Below, piece after piece: positions 40,428 to 51,014 of a DNA stretch of 64,000 bases; positions within the stretch are counted from its first letter, which is position 1, and each line of letters opens with the position of its first letter. The notes beneath the pieces are model-generated. The model worked only from the letters and a program-made list of their open reading frames with translations, had not been told where the DNA came from and did not search any database. This stretch comes from an uncultured Alphaproteobacteria bacterium (GTDB lineage Bacteria; Pseudomonadota; Alphaproteobacteria; MPNO01; DASWLB01). The stretch is taken from contig CAWGXN010000001.1 in assembly GCA_963826605.1 (NCBI GenBank), forward strand, positions 1,495,835-1,559,834. Reading direction: 5' to 3'. Both the position numbers and the translations under genes were made by a program.

Positions 40428-41231
40428 TCAGCGGCTCGCCACCCCCTCCTTCTCCTGCTGGAAGATGCTCGAGAACAGACGCTGCCGGTAGGTCGTGAAC
40501 TCGGGCAGGGCGCGGGTCTCGATCTGATCGCGCGGCTGCGGCAGGGCGATGGCGCAATCGTCGCGCACTTCCGCCGGCGGGCGGCCGAGCGAGATGATCC
40601 GGTCCGACAGGAACACCGCCTCGTCGACATCATGGGTGACGAACAGGATGGTAATCCGGAGGGATTGCCAGATGCGCAGGATCAGCTCCTGCAGGATCGC
40701 CCGCGTCATCGCATCGACCGCGCTGAACGGCTCGTCCATCAGCAGGACCTCCGGATTGCAGATCAGCCCGCGGGCCATCACCACGCGCTGCTGCATGCCG
40801 CCCGAAAGCTGGTAGGGGAAGTAATGCTCGTACCCATCGAGCCCGACCAGCTTCACGTACTCCATGCAGCGCTCGCGCGACGCGCGCGACGAAAGGCGCT
40901 CCCGGCTGTCGAGCCCGAACTGGATGTTCTGCAGCACGGTGCGCCAGCCGAAGATCGATTTCGAATATTGCTGGAAGACGTAGATCATCCCCTTCGGCGG
41001 CTTGGCGACCGGTTTCCCGTGAAACAGGATTTCGCCGCCGGTCACCGGTTCCAGCCCGGCGATCATCTTGAGCAGGGTCGACTTCCCGCAGCCGGACGGG
41101 CCGATGATGGACAGGAAGCCGCCCTGCTCGACGGTCAGATCGATTCCCGAAAAGACATGCAGGCTGGACTTGCCGGCCGGAAAGGACTTTCGGACGCCGC
41201 GGACCGCGATGATCGGTTCGTTTCGGGACAA
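40428..41231 (-). CDS. ABC transporter ATP-binding protein (NitT/TauT family)
   Basis: Walker A 'GPSGCGKST', signature 'LSGGMQQRV', Walker B 'LLMDEPFSAVD'. Confidence 0.85.
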   Translation of the reverse strand: MSRNEPIIAVRGVRKSFPAGKSSLHVFSGIDLTVEQGGFLSIIGPSGCGKSTLLKMIAGLEPVTGGEILFHGKPVAKPPKGMIYVFQQYSKSIFGWRTVLQNIQFGLDSRERLSSRASRERCMEYVKLVGLDGYEHYFPYQLSGGMQQRVVMARGLICNPEVLLMDEPFSAVDAMTRAILQELILRIWQSLRITILFVTHDVDEAVFLSDRIISLGRPPAEVRDDCAIALPQPRDQIETRALPEFTTYRQRLFSSIFQQEKEGVASR

Positions 41232-41240
41232 CAGCCCGCC

Positions 41241-42212
41241 CTAAGACTTGGATTTCCTGAGCGACCAGATGAAGTCCTCGGGGCGCTGCGTCTTCTGGAT
41301 CTCGCCCTCGTCGACGAACATCTGGATCAACGCTTCCCAGTTCTTCACGACAACCTTGGTGCTCCACGGGATCGGCGGCATCTTGGCGACAAGCTCCGGC
41401 TTCAGGCCGGTATATGCCGCGACCGCGGCGCGCGCCTTCGCCGGATCGGCGAGATAGGCGTTCGCCTCCTCGATGGCGGCCGCGAAGCGCTCGATCGCCT
41501 TCGGGTGCGCCTCGGCCCAGCTCCGCTTGGCCCAGTACGACCCCGTCGGCTCGCCCGGGATCGCCGCGTAGTTCCACGCGATGATGCGGCCCTGCTTGCG
41601 CTCCTTCATGAAGGTGACGAACGGCTCGACCGAGATCACGGCCTGGACGTCGCCCCGCGCCAGGGCCGCGCCCATCGCCGGGAACGGAACCTCGTAGTAG
41701 CGGATGTCCTTGAGCGCGACGCCCATCTTGCGCATCGAATGCTGGACCGACACCTGCTCCTGGGCGTGGCGGGCGTTGATGCCGATCAGCTTGCCCGCCA
41801 GGTCCTTGAGCGAATGGATGTCCGACTTGGGCGAGACCAGCACGGCGCCTGTGTCCGGCGGGGTCGTGGCCGAGACCTGGTTCTGAAGCACCATGACGAG
41901 GTCGAGCCCGCGCGCGTTGGCCATGAGGCCGAAGCCGGGAATGGTGATGGCGATGTCGAGCGAGCCGCCCTGCATGGCCGACATGCCGTCCGACCCCGAG
42001 CGCACGTTCACGAGCTTGGCGTCGAGCCCGTGCTTCTTGAAGAAGCCTTCCTTCTCGGCGACGTAGGCGTTGGTCTGGCCGCCGATCTTCAGGATGCCGA
42101 CCCGGATCTGCATCGTATCCTGGGCGCGGGCCACGGGCGTCGCGAGGCCCGATGCGATGAGGCCCGAGGCTGCACACAGCCCGAGGACGGTCCGCCGCGT
42201 TATTCTAGACAT
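41241..42212 (-). CDS. ABC transporter substrate-binding protein (NMT1/TauA-like)
   Basis: Signal peptide 'MSRITRRTVLGLCAASGLIASGLA'. About 323 aa. Confidence 0.75.
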   Translation of the reverse strand: MSRITRRTVLGLCAASGLIASGLATPVARAQDTMQIRVGILKIGGQTNAYVAEKEGFFKKHGLDAKLVNVRSGSDGMSAMQGGSLDIAITIPGFGLMANARGLDLVMVLQNQVSATTPPDTGAVLVSPKSDIHSLKDLAGKLIGINARHAQEQVSVQHSMRKMGVALKDIRYYEVPFPAMGAALARGDVQAVISVEPFVTFMKERKQGRIIAWNYAAIPGEPTGSYWAKRSWAEAHPKAIERFAAAIEEANAYLADPAKARAAVAAYTGLKPELVAKMPPIPWSTKVVVKNWEALIQMFVDEGEIQKTQRPEDFIWSLRKSKS

Positions 42213-42265
42213 GTTTCCTCTCCTTTTCCGGTTGATGGCCAAGGCCGTTCCGACCGGTCGGCGCG

Positions 42266-43444
42266 TCAGGGCAGACGTGCGCTGGCTCCGGCGGCAGCCT
42301 TCTTGTTGGCGAAGCGCGAGATCAACAGCCGCAGCACCTCGCAGGTACCGTCTCCGATTTCGAACAGCTTGGCCTCCCGATAGAAGCGCTCCACCGGGTG
42401 GTCGCACGTGTAGCCGTGCCCGCCCATCAACTGGATCGCCTCGGACGTCGCCTCGGTGGCGACGTTGCTTGAGAAATTCTTCGCCATCGACGCGGCGACC
42501 TGGGCATCGGGCGAGTCGGCATCGACCAGCGCGCAGGCGTTGTAGGTCAGGCTGCGCGCCGCCTCGATCCTGGTCACGATGTCCGCCACCTTGAACCGGA
42601 TGCCCTGGAACGAGGCGATGGTCTCGCCGAACTGGCGCCGCTGGGTGGCGTGCTGCAGCGCATAGTCGACCGCCGCCTGCGCGACGCCGACGCAGCGCGC
42701 GCCATAGACCGCGCGCGTATGCGCGAAGCCTTCCTGAATGTGGCGGAATGCGTCGCCTTCCGGACCCAGCAGGGCGCTGGCCGGCACGCGGCAATCGTCG
42801 AACAGAAGCTCGACGATCGGGTTCGCCTGGTGGCCCAGCGTGCGGAAGTGCTGGCCGACGGAAAAGCCCGGCGTGCCCTTCTCGACGATGAACATCGAGA
42901 TGCCCTTGCCGCGGTCGGCGTCGGCGGTCCGCGCGAACAGGATCACGAAATCGGCGCGCCCGCCGTTGGTGATGAAGATCTTGCGGCCGTTGATCACATA
43001 GGAATCGCCGTCGCGCCGGGCCCGCGTCTTGATCGAGGACGCGTCCGACCCGGTGTCGGGCTCGGTCAGCCCGATGGCGGCGATCGTTTCTCCCCGGCAC
43101 ACCGGCGGAAGATATCGCTGCTTCTGCGCCTCGGTGCCGCTCAGCACGATGGGCCGGACCGCCATGTTGACCACGTAGGTGGCGGCCGAGAACCAGCCAT
43201 AGGCCATCTCCTCGACCAGGGCGGCCGAGGTGACCGTGTCGAGCCCCTGCCCGCCATAGGAAACAGGAACGTCGACGCAGGCGAGGCCGAGCGTCGCCAT
43301 CTGCCGCATGAGGTCGAGCGGCACCGGCTCCCCCGCCGCCTCGATCTTGAGCGACAGGGGCCGCACGACCTCGCGCGCGAAGCGGCGCACGGTCTCGCGC
43401 AGCGCCGCCCGATCCTCCGCCGTCGCCCACACCGTCTCGCTCAT
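42266..43444 (-). CDS. acyl-CoA dehydrogenase
   Basis: 392-aa intact ORF. 'AIGLTEPDTGSDASS' and 'GGHGYTCDHPVERFYREAK' ACAD motifs. Confidence 0.85.
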   Translation of the reverse strand: MSETVWATAEDRAALRETVRRFAREVVRPLSLKIEAAGEPVPLDLMRQMATLGLACVDVPVSYGGQGLDTVTSAALVEEMAYGWFSAATYVVNMAVRPIVLSGTEAQKQRYLPPVCRGETIAAIGLTEPDTGSDASSIKTRARRDGDSYVINGRKIFITNGGRADFVILFARTADADRGKGISMFIVEKGTPGFSVGQHFRTLGHQANPIVELLFDDCRVPASALLGPEGDAFRHIQEGFAHTRAVYGARCVGVAQAAVDYALQHATQRRQFGETIASFQGIRFKVADIVTRIEAARSLTYNACALVDADSPDAQVAASMAKNFSSNVATEATSEAIQLMGGHGYTCDHPVERFYREAKLFEIGDGTCEVLRLLISRFANKKAAAGASARLP

Positions 43445-45621
43445 CGCTGCGCTCTCCCGCGCAGCACGACCAGCGCGTCGAGAGGCACGACTCCCTCCCC
43501 GGCCGGGCGCACCAGCAGGGGGTTGATGTCGAGCGTTTCCACGAGGTCGCCGAGCTCCGCGGCGAGGCGGCCCAGATTCGTCAGCGCGGCGATCAGGGCC
43601 GGCTCGTCATGCCTCGCGCCCCCGCGATAGCCGCCAAGGAGCGTGTCGAGCTTCGTCCCGGCAAGGAGATGCTTCGCCTTGCCCTCGGTCACCGGCGGCA
43701 CGGCGAAGGCGACGTTGCGGGTGAGCTCGAGCAGGATGCCGCCGCTGCCGCACATGATCACGGGCCCGACCTCGGGATCGCGGTGCACGCCCAGCACGAC
43801 CTCGATTCCGCCTTGGACGAAGGGGGCGACCAGAACGCCCTCCAGCGGCTCATGGAAGCCCCTGGCGTCGAGATTGCGGTGGATCTCATCCCAGGCGCCA
43901 CGCACCGCCGCCGCATCGGCGAGGTTGAGCCGGACGGCCCCGTACTCGGTCTTGTGCGTCAGCGCGCTGGACACCGCCTTCAACACCACGGGATAGCCGA
44001 TCGAGTCTGCGGCGGCGACGGCGGCCTCGACCGAGGCGCAGAGGCGCTCCTCCGGTCCCGCAATGCCGAACGCGCGCAGCAGTGCCTTCGACTCCATCTC
44101 GTTCAGCACGACCCGCTCGCCGTCCGCGGCCGCGACCCGCGCCCGCAGGGCCCGCGCCTGTTCGCTGTCGGCGCGCGCCGCCGGTCCGGCTTGCGGCGCC
44201 GCAAGTGCGACCATCTCGCCCCGTCGGATGCACAGGTCGATGGCGCGCAGCGTGTTCGTCGCCTCCTGCAGGAAGGGGAGGTTCGGCAGCTCCTGGCGCA
44301 GCGTGCGGCTGTACTCGCTCTGGCCGTGCGACAGGATGGTCGTGTAGATCACCGGCTTCTTCGCGCGCGTGGCGACGTATTCGTCGATGCGGCGCAGATA
44401 GCGTTCGCCGCGCCGGTCCGCGCCGGGATCGCGGGGCAGCTCCTCCTGGATGACGAGCGCGTCGACGTTCGGGTCGCTTTCCAGCGCCTCGGCGCACGCG
44501 ACGTAGATGTCCTCGCTGGTCAGCACGCCGAACCCGCCGTCCAGCGGATTGCCGATGCCGGCGCCCACGACCAGGAGCGATTGCAGCTTCTCGATCGTCG
44601 CCGGGGCGAGCCGCGGAAAGGAAAGGTGATTGCGCGCCGCCGCGTCGTGCAGCATGCCGCGATAGGCGCCCGACAGCGACAGCCCGGCGAGGCGCCGCCC
44701 GGCCGGAACGGTGCCGTGGACCAGAAGCTCGGTGATCTCGATCGCGTCGTCGAAGGACTCGACGCGGATGACGCCGAGGTCGGCGGCGAGCGCGTCGAAC
44801 GCCTCCACCCTGCCGGCGAGGGAACCGGTATGGGCGAGCGCCGCCTCGCGCCCTTCCGCCGACTGGCCCTGTTTGAAAACGACGACCCACTTGCCGTTTT
44901 CGCGCGCCGAGATGCAGGCGGCGCGGAAGCCGGCGATGTCCTTCACCCCTTCGCAGTAGCAGACAATGACCTTGGCTTCGGGCTCGGTCGCGAGGTAGGC
45001 GATGTAGTCGGCGAGCGTCAGCCCCGTCTCGTTTCCGGTCGAGATGATCCAGCCCACCTCGATGCCGCGATCCTGCAGCTCGCGATTGACGAAGATCGAG
45101 ACGCCGCCGCTCTGCCCGATCACGGCGACCGGGCCCGGGCGCATGGTGAGCGCCACATCCTGGCTCAGCGTGGCGAGGCGGCTTTTCGTGCAGACATTGC
45201 CGAGGCAGTTGGGACCGGAGACGGCCATGCCGGTCTCGGCGATCGCCCGGCGCAGCTCGGCCGCAAGCCGGAGTCCCGCCTCGGTCCCCGCCTCCTCGAA
45301 TCCGGACGAGACGATGGTCGCGCTGCGCGCCCCCGCCTTGTGGCCCTCGCGCAGCGCCGCCACGGCGTGCGGCGCCGGGACCACCAGCACCAGGTGGTCG
45401 GGCGGCTCCGGCAGAGAGGCGACATCGGGATAGCATTTGACGCCGTAGACCTCGTCGCGGCGCGGGTTGACCGGGAACAGCTTCCCTTCGAACCCGTTGG
45501 CGACGAGGCTTTCCCAGATGCGTGCCGACCAGCTTCCCGGCCGGTCGTTGGCGCCGACGACCGCGACGTTGCGCGGGTTGAGCAGCGCCTCGACCTTGCG
45601 GACGGCGTCGCTCATGCCCAT
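43441..45621 (-). CDS. ADP-forming acyl-CoA synthetase (CoA-binding + succinyl-CoA-synthetase-like + ATP-grasp, fused)
   Basis: 'VAVVGANDRPGSWSARIWESL' CoA-binding domain. C-terminal ATP-grasp. 726 aa with ATGA overlap to the ACAD gene. Confidence 0.8.
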   Translation of the reverse strand: MGMSDAVRKVEALLNPRNVAVVGANDRPGSWSARIWESLVANGFEGKLFPVNPRRDEVYGVKCYPDVASLPEPPDHLVLVVPAPHAVAALREGHKAGARSATIVSSGFEEAGTEAGLRLAAELRRAIAETGMAVSGPNCLGNVCTKSRLATLSQDVALTMRPGPVAVIGQSGGVSIFVNRELQDRGIEVGWIISTGNETGLTLADYIAYLATEPEAKVIVCYCEGVKDIAGFRAACISARENGKWVVVFKQGQSAEGREAALAHTGSLAGRVEAFDALAADLGVIRVESFDDAIEITELLVHGTVPAGRRLAGLSLSGAYRGMLHDAAARNHLSFPRLAPATIEKLQSLLVVGAGIGNPLDGGFGVLTSEDIYVACAEALESDPNVDALVIQEELPRDPGADRRGERYLRRIDEYVATRAKKPVIYTTILSHGQSEYSRTLRQELPNLPFLQEATNTLRAIDLCIRRGEMVALAAPQAGPAARADSEQARALRARVAAADGERVVLNEMESKALLRAFGIAGPEERLCASVEAAVAAADSIGYPVVLKAVSSALTHKTEYGAVRLNLADAAAVRGAWDEIHRNLDARGFHEPLEGVLVAPFVQGGIEVVLGVHRDPEVGPVIMCGSGGILLELTRNVAFAVPPVTEGKAKHLLAGTKLDTLLGGYRGGARHDEPALIAALTNLGRLAAELGDLVETLDINPLLVRPAGEGVVPLDALVVLRGRAQR

Positions 45622-45644
45622 CGCCTGGCCTCCGGCGGGCGGGC

Positions 45645-46499
45645 TCACGGGTCGCGCCGGTAGTGGCCGAGTCCCGGCCGGAACGACTTTTCGTCCAGGA
45701 ACTGGGACATGCCCTTGTCGCGGCCCTTCTCCGGATCCTGCAGGCGATGCTGGTCGAGCTTCGCGTAGGTGTAGTCCTCGGCGTTCTCCCAGGTCATCTC
45801 GCGGACACGGTGATAGGTGTGCTTGGTCGCGCGCATCGCCGACAGGTTCTTGGTCATCAGCATGCGCGCGACCTCGGCCGTGCGCTCGCGAAGGCGCGCG
45901 AGCGGCACCGCCTCGTTGACGAGCCGCAGCTCGGCCGCCTTGCGCCCGTCGAACGATTCGCCGGTCATGCAGTAGTAGAGCCCGTCGCGCGGCGACATGA
46001 TCCAGGACATCAGCTTGACCACATTGCCCGCGGGGATGATGCCCCAGTTCACCTCGGACACGCCGAACGTCGCCTCCTCGGCGGCGATTGCGATGTCGCA
46101 GGCGCAGACCGGCGCGAGCCCGCCGCCGAAGCACCAGCCATTCACCATCGCGATGGTCGGCTTGGCGTAGTAGAGGAGGCGGCGCCATTGCCAGTCGGCA
46201 TTGATCTCCGACAGGCGGCGGCGCGCCTCGACCTGCATGTCGTCGGTGGCGCGGAAATATTCGCGCAAATCCATGCCGGCGTGGAACGCCGACCCGGTGC
46301 CGGTAATGACCACCACGCGGCAGCGGTCGTCCGTCTCCAGCGCGTCGAGCGTCATCGACATCTTCGCGGCGAGGGCCGGGCTGATCGCGTTGCGCTTTTC
46401 GGGCCGGTTGATCCTGACCCAGGCGATGCCGTCGTCGAACTCGACGACCACCTGGCCTTCCGCGCCCTTCGCCATCTGCTCGACGATCATCTCGACCAT
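45645..46499 (-). CDS. enoyl-CoA hydratase/isomerase family protein
   Basis: 'VVITGTGSAFHAGMDL', 'GWCFGGGLAPVCACDIAIAAEEATFG'. Confidence 0.85.
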   Translation of the reverse strand: MVEMIVEQMAKGAEGQVVVEFDDGIAWVRINRPEKRNAISPALAAKMSMTLDALETDDRCRVVVITGTGSAFHAGMDLREYFRATDDMQVEARRRLSEINADWQWRRLLYYAKPTIAMVNGWCFGGGLAPVCACDIAIAAEEATFGVSEVNWGIIPAGNVVKLMSWIMSPRDGLYYCMTGESFDGRKAAELRLVNEAVPLARLRERTAEVARMLMTKNLSAMRATKHTYHRVREMTWENAEDYTYAKLDQHRLQDPEKGRDKGMSQFLDEKSFRPGLGHYRRDP

Positions 46500-46542
46500 C
46501 GCACCTCTCCCTCCGTTGCTCGGACCATGACCCGTTCGCCGC

Positions 46543-47652
46543 CTAGCGTGCCGCCTCGCTCAGGATCGGGCGGCTCAGCGCCGCCTCGGCCTCGGCGGCG
46601 AGCTCGGCGACGATCGCGCCCGCCGACTGGATCCGCTTGACCAGCATGGCGCCCTGGCCGGTCGGCCAGTTGGCGACGGCGACGTCGCCCGCCTTCTTGG
46701 CGGGCTCGACCAGCGGCCGCACCATGTCCCACTGCGCCGGCATGGTCAGGATTTCGGCCTCGTGGCCGCGCCAGGCGTCGGTGAATCGGTTGCGCAGCAC
46801 GCGCGACGGCTTGCCGGTGAAGCAGCGCGACACCAGCGTGTCGTCGTTCTTCATCTCGACGATCTTGCGCTTGTGCCCGTCGGCCGTGCGCGCCTCGGGC
46901 GTGGCGAGGAACCGCGTGCCGAGAAGCACGCCCTCGGCCCCCAGCATGAAGGCGGCGGCGATCCCGCGCCCGTCGACGATCCCGCCGGCGGCGATCACCG
47001 GCACCCCGACCGCGTCGGCGATGGCGGGCACCAGCACCATGGTCGAGGTGCGGCCGGTATGGCCGCCCGCCTCGTGCCCCTGCGCGACGATGGCGTCCAC
47101 GCCGCTCGCCTCGGCCTCCAGTGCGGTCCGCAGATTGCCGGCGAAGGCGATCACGAACATGCCGGCCGCCTTAGCCCGCTTGACGACGTGATCGGGCGCG
47201 CCGAGGCCGCAGGCGAGCACCGGAACCTTCGCCTCGATGGCGATGTCGAGCCGCTGCTCGGCGATTTCGATCGCCTCGCGCCGGCTGCTCACCTCGGTCG
47301 GCAGAGGGCCGCTGGCAAGCGGCAGCAAGAAGTCGGGAAGAGGCCGGCGCGGCACGGCGGTGCCGGGCGCCGAGGATGGCGCGTCGGTGACCGTGGGGAA
47401 CAGCAGCCCGACGCCGAACGGCTTGTCGGTGTGCGACTGCACGAACCGGATGTGCTCGCGGACATTCTCGAGGGTGGTGACGCCGTGGCCCAGCATGCCG
47501 AGACCGCCCGCCTGCGACACGGCGAGAGCGAGCTCTGGCCCGGCCTCCTCGCTCATCGGGGCGTTCAGGATCGGAACGGCAATGCCGAGCCGGTCACTGA
47601 GGCCGGAGGCCAATCTCCCCATCGACGCGCCCTCCTCGAATTTTGACCACAT
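46543..47652 (-). CDS. nitronate monooxygenase (NMO / 2-nitropropane dioxygenase family)
   Basis: 'PILNAPMSEEAGPELALAVSQAGGLGMLG' and 'GVPVIAAGGIVDGRGIAAAFMLGAEGVLLGTRF' FMN TIM-barrel motifs. Alternative start at 47622. Confidence 0.8.
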   Translation of the reverse strand: MWSKFEEGASMGRLASGLSDRLGIAVPILNAPMSEEAGPELALAVSQAGGLGMLGHGVTTLENVREHIRFVQSHTDKPFGVGLLFPTVTDAPSSAPGTAVPRRPLPDFLLPLASGPLPTEVSSRREAIEIAEQRLDIAIEAKVPVLACGLGAPDHVVKRAKAAGMFVIAFAGNLRTALEAEASGVDAIVAQGHEAGGHTGRTSTMVLVPAIADAVGVPVIAAGGIVDGRGIAAAFMLGAEGVLLGTRFLATPEARTADGHKRKIVEMKNDDTLVSRCFTGKPSRVLRNRFTDAWRGHEAEILTMPAQWDMVRPLVEPAKKAGDVAVANWPTGQGAMLVKRIQSAGAIVAELAAEAEAALSRPILSEAAR

Positions 47653-47820
47653 CTTGCGGCGTGGATCGCGGCGAGTCAAGAAAATGGAACATTGTTCCAT
47701 TTTTGAAAACCGGCACGCGAGCGCCCGTCCGCGCATGCGCGCGGCGACCGTGCGGGTTCCGGCTGGAAAGAGGTCGCGCGACTGCTTCCCGCGGTTCGGG
47801 GTGCGTCGCAAAAACAGTTA

Positions 47821-47842
47821 GGGCCGCTCTCGCGAGCGGCCC
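47821..47842 (-). terminator. perfect hairpin gggccgctcgcgagcggccc immediately 3' of tRNA-Pro
   Basis: 10-bp GC-rich stem with a 2-nt loop, 18 nt downstream of the tRNA 3' CCA on the minus strand. Confidence 0.6.
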
Positions 47843-47859
47843 TTAAACGATTGGAATAA

Positions 47860-47936
<77 letters not shown>

Positions 47937-47954
47937 TCGGTGAGGGGGCGGAGA

Positions 47955-48518
47955 CTAAGCGGCAACGTCGCGCGAGGCAACGGGTTTCCCGTCGCTGCGG
48001 CGCCGGTGCCGGCGGGCGGCTACCCGTCGGCGAGAAGTGCGCGGAGGGTTTCCGAGTTCGCCCAGCAGCGCCTCGAGCTCCGCACGCTGCACCGCCTCCG
48101 GCGCGGCCGCGGCCGATAGCGGCTGGGGTGCAGGCTGGGGCTGCGCGTAAGGCGCCGCGCCGGGCGGACGCGCCGCGGCCGGTGCCGGATCGGGCAAGGC
48201 GTCCGCCGGCCGGTCGACGGGGCGCACGGCGGCGGGACGCTGGCCGCCTTCGCGCAGCAGCTTCTGCACGCCCTTGATGGTGTAGCCGTCGGCATAGAGG
48301 AGCTGGCGGATGCGGCGCAGCAGCTCGACATCCTCCGGCCGGTAGTAGCGCCGCCCGCCGCCGCGCTTCAGCGGCCGGACCTGGGCGAACTTGGTTTCCC
48401 AGAAGCGCAGCACGTGCTGCGGCACGTCGAGATCGCCCGCCACTTCGCTGATGGTCCGGAAGGCCGACGGCGACTTCGCCGGCCGGCGGGAAGGCGCGGG
48501 GTCCGCTGTGGCGTTCAT
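47955..48518 (-). CDS. MerR family transcriptional regulator
   Basis: '[55 protein letters not shown]' MerR HTH. Pro/Ala-rich C-terminal tail. Confidence 0.75.
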   Translation of the reverse strand: MNATADPAPSRRPAKSPSAFRTISEVAGDLDVPQHVLRFWETKFAQVRPLKRGGGRRYYRPEDVELLRRIRQLLYADGYTIKGVQKLLREGGQRPAAVRPVDRPADALPDPAPAAARPPGAAPYAQPQPAPQPLSAAAAPEAVQRAELEALLGELGNPPRTSRRRVAARRHRRRSDGKPVASRDVAA

Positions 48519-48845
48519 GGCGCGGCGGCAGGCGATTCGGCCTCGCCGCCCTGGCCGGCGTTGATGCGGCTCTTCAGCACGTTCGAGGCGCGGAATACCA
48601 GCACGCGGCGCGGCTGGATCGGCACCTCCTCGCCCGTCTTGGGGTTGCGTCCGACGCGCTGGCCCTTCTGGCGCACCGAGAAGCTGCCGAACGACGAGAT
48701 CTTCACGCTCTCGCCCCGGGCCAGGGTCTCGGCCAGTTCGCCGAGCACCGATTCGACGAGATCGGACGATTCGTTCCGCGAGAGGCCCGACCTCCTGATA
48801 GACCGCCTCGCTCAGATGCGCGCGCGTAATCGTCTGTTCCGCCAT
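48515..48845 (-). CDS. ihfA: integration host factor alpha subunit (one inserted G near 48775)
   Basis: '[48 protein letters not shown]' in one frame; N-terminal '[20 protein letters not shown]' in another. Confidence 0.8.
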
Positions 48846-48958
48846 TGCCGCCCCCTCATTAAAGCGCGACTTTAACGGTCGCCACAAAGCCCGTCAATAT
48901 CAGGAGGATATGAGAAAATCTTCATGTGCCGATTCGCGCGGCACGGGCGCAACGGCGG

Positions 48959-49935
48959 CTACCAGCGGATCAGGCTGGACGCCCAGGTGAAGCCGCCGCC
49001 CATCGCCTCGAGCAGCAGAAGCTGGCCAGGCCGGATGCGCCCGTCGCCCACCGCCTCGGCGAGGGCGAGCGGGATCGACGCGGCCGAGGTGTTGGCGTGG
49101 CGGTCGATGGTCACGACCACCTTCTCGGCCGGGAGGCCCAGCTTGCGCGCCGTGCCGTCGAGGATGCGCCGGTTGGCCTGGTGCGGCACCAGCCAGTCGA
49201 CGTCGGAGGCGGCGATCCCGTTGGCCGCCAGCGCCTCGTCCACCACGGCGGCCAGGTTGGTGACGGCGTGGCGGAATACCTCCTTGCCCTGCATGCGCAC
49301 ATGGCCGGCCTTGCCGGTGGAGGACGGCCCGCCATCGACGTAGAGCATGTCGTGCTGGCGTCCGTCGGAATGGAGGTGGCAGTGAGAGGACGCCGCGGTC
49401 GGTCTTGGCGCCCGTCCCCTCGACGGCCTGCAGCACCACGGCGCCGGCGCCGTCGCCGAACAGCACGCAGGTCGCACGGTCCGACCAGTCGAGGATGCGC
49501 GAGAAGGTCTCGGCGCCGATCACCAGGGCCGTCTTCGCCTGGCCCAGCCGGATGAAATTGTCGGCGATGTTCAGTGCGTAGATGAAGCCCGAGCACACCG
49601 CCTGCACGTCGAAGGCGGCGCCGTGGGTGACGCCCAGCATCGCCTGCACGCGGGTCGCGGTGGCGGGAAAGGTCTCGTCCGGCGTGGCGGTGGCCAGGAC
49701 GATCAGGTCGAGCGCGTCCGCCTCCATGCCGGCGGCGGCGAGCGCGCGGCGGGCAGCGGCGCAGGCGAGGTCGCGAGGTCATCTCGCCCTCGGCGGCGAT
49801 GTGGCGCTCGCGGATGCCGGTGCGCTGGACGATCCACTCGTCCGACGTGTCGACCATGCGGGCCAAGTCGTGGTTGGTCAGGATGCGTTCGGGGAGATAG
49901 GCCCCGCTTCCGACGACGGCGGACCGGAGCACCAT
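48959..49935 (-). CDS. fabH: 3-oxoacyl-ACP synthase III FabH (two frameshifts, about 49786 and 49395)
   Basis: '[47 protein letters not shown]', '[16 protein letters not shown]', '[10 protein letters not shown]', '[13 protein letters not shown]' split over three frames. Confidence 0.85.
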
Positions 49936-50985
49936 CAGGATGCGGCGAGGCTCTGCTGGACCGGCAGCTTGTCCGCGCCGAACACCTCCAGCTCCTTGGT
50001 GATCACACCGTTGAAGCCGTTCACCGCCATGTCCACCGCCACGCCGATGGCGTTGGCGAAGCCGATCGTGTCGGTGCCGCCGTGGCTCTTGACCACGATG
50101 CCGTTGAGCCCGACCAGCATGGCGCCGTTGTAGCGCCGGGGATCGAGCCGAGCGCGCAGCTTTTTCAGCGCGCGCCGGGCCAGGAGATAGCCCAGCCGCG
50201 ACGACAGCGAGCTGCGGAAGGTGCGGGCCAGGAACTCGGAATAGAGCTTGGCCGTGCCCTCGGCGGTCTTGAGCGCGACGTTGCCGGAGAACCCGTCGGC
50301 CACCACCACGTCCGACGTGCCGCGGGTGATGTCGTCGCCCTCGACGAAGCCGTGGAAGCGGATCAGGTCGGAGGCGCGCAGCATGGCGGCGGCGCGGCGC
50401 ACCTCGTCATGGCCCTTCGATTCCTCCGCGCCGACATTCAGAAGCCCCACCGTCGGCTCGGGTATGCCCAGCACGATGCGGGCGAACACGTCGCCCATCA
50501 GCGCGAACTGGACCAGATTCTCGGCGGAGCAGTCGAGATTGGCGCCGAGGTCGAGCATCACCGTCTCGCCCCGCTGGGTCGGGAAGTAGCCGGCGATCGC
50601 CGGACGATCGATGCCCGGCAGGGTGCGCAGCGACCAGCTTCGCCATCGCCATCAGCGCGCCGGTATTGCCGGCCGAGACGACGCCAGCCGCGCGCCCGTC
50701 GCGCACCGCGTCGATGGCGAGCCGCATGCTGGAATTCTTGCCCTGGCGCAGCGCCACCCCGACGCGGGCATCGTTCGACACCGCGTCTTCCGTGTGGTGG
50801 ACCGTGACGCGGTTCTTCAGCCGGCGCAGGCGCTTGAGGGCCCGGCCCATGCGCCGCTCGTCGCCGTAAAGCTGGAAATCCACGTCGGGAAAGCGCCGGC
50901 AGGCCATGGCGGCGCCCTTCAGCACCATGCCCGGCGCGTTGTCGCCACCCATGGCATCGAGCGCGATGGTCAGCCTGCCGCTCAC
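49935..50985 (-). CDS. plsX: phosphate acyltransferase PlsX (one frameshift near 50620)
   Basis: '[21 protein letters not shown]' N-terminus in one frame. '[22 protein letters not shown]...[14 protein letters not shown]' in another. Confidence 0.85.
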
Positions 50986-51014
50986 CCGGGGACCCTCCCG
51001 CACCGCACGCGCCG

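Noticed and set aside
39414-42383. 989-aa ORF on the + strand and other very long ORFs (43609..45663, 36974..38719, 35570..36952, 12880..14472, 9682..10974, 4839..5969, 5216..6817)
   Set aside because: They lie antisense to well-supported genes. Their translations are Arg/Ala/Gly/Pro-rich low-complexity sequence typical of stop-codon-poor high-GC DNA and carry no recognisable motifs.
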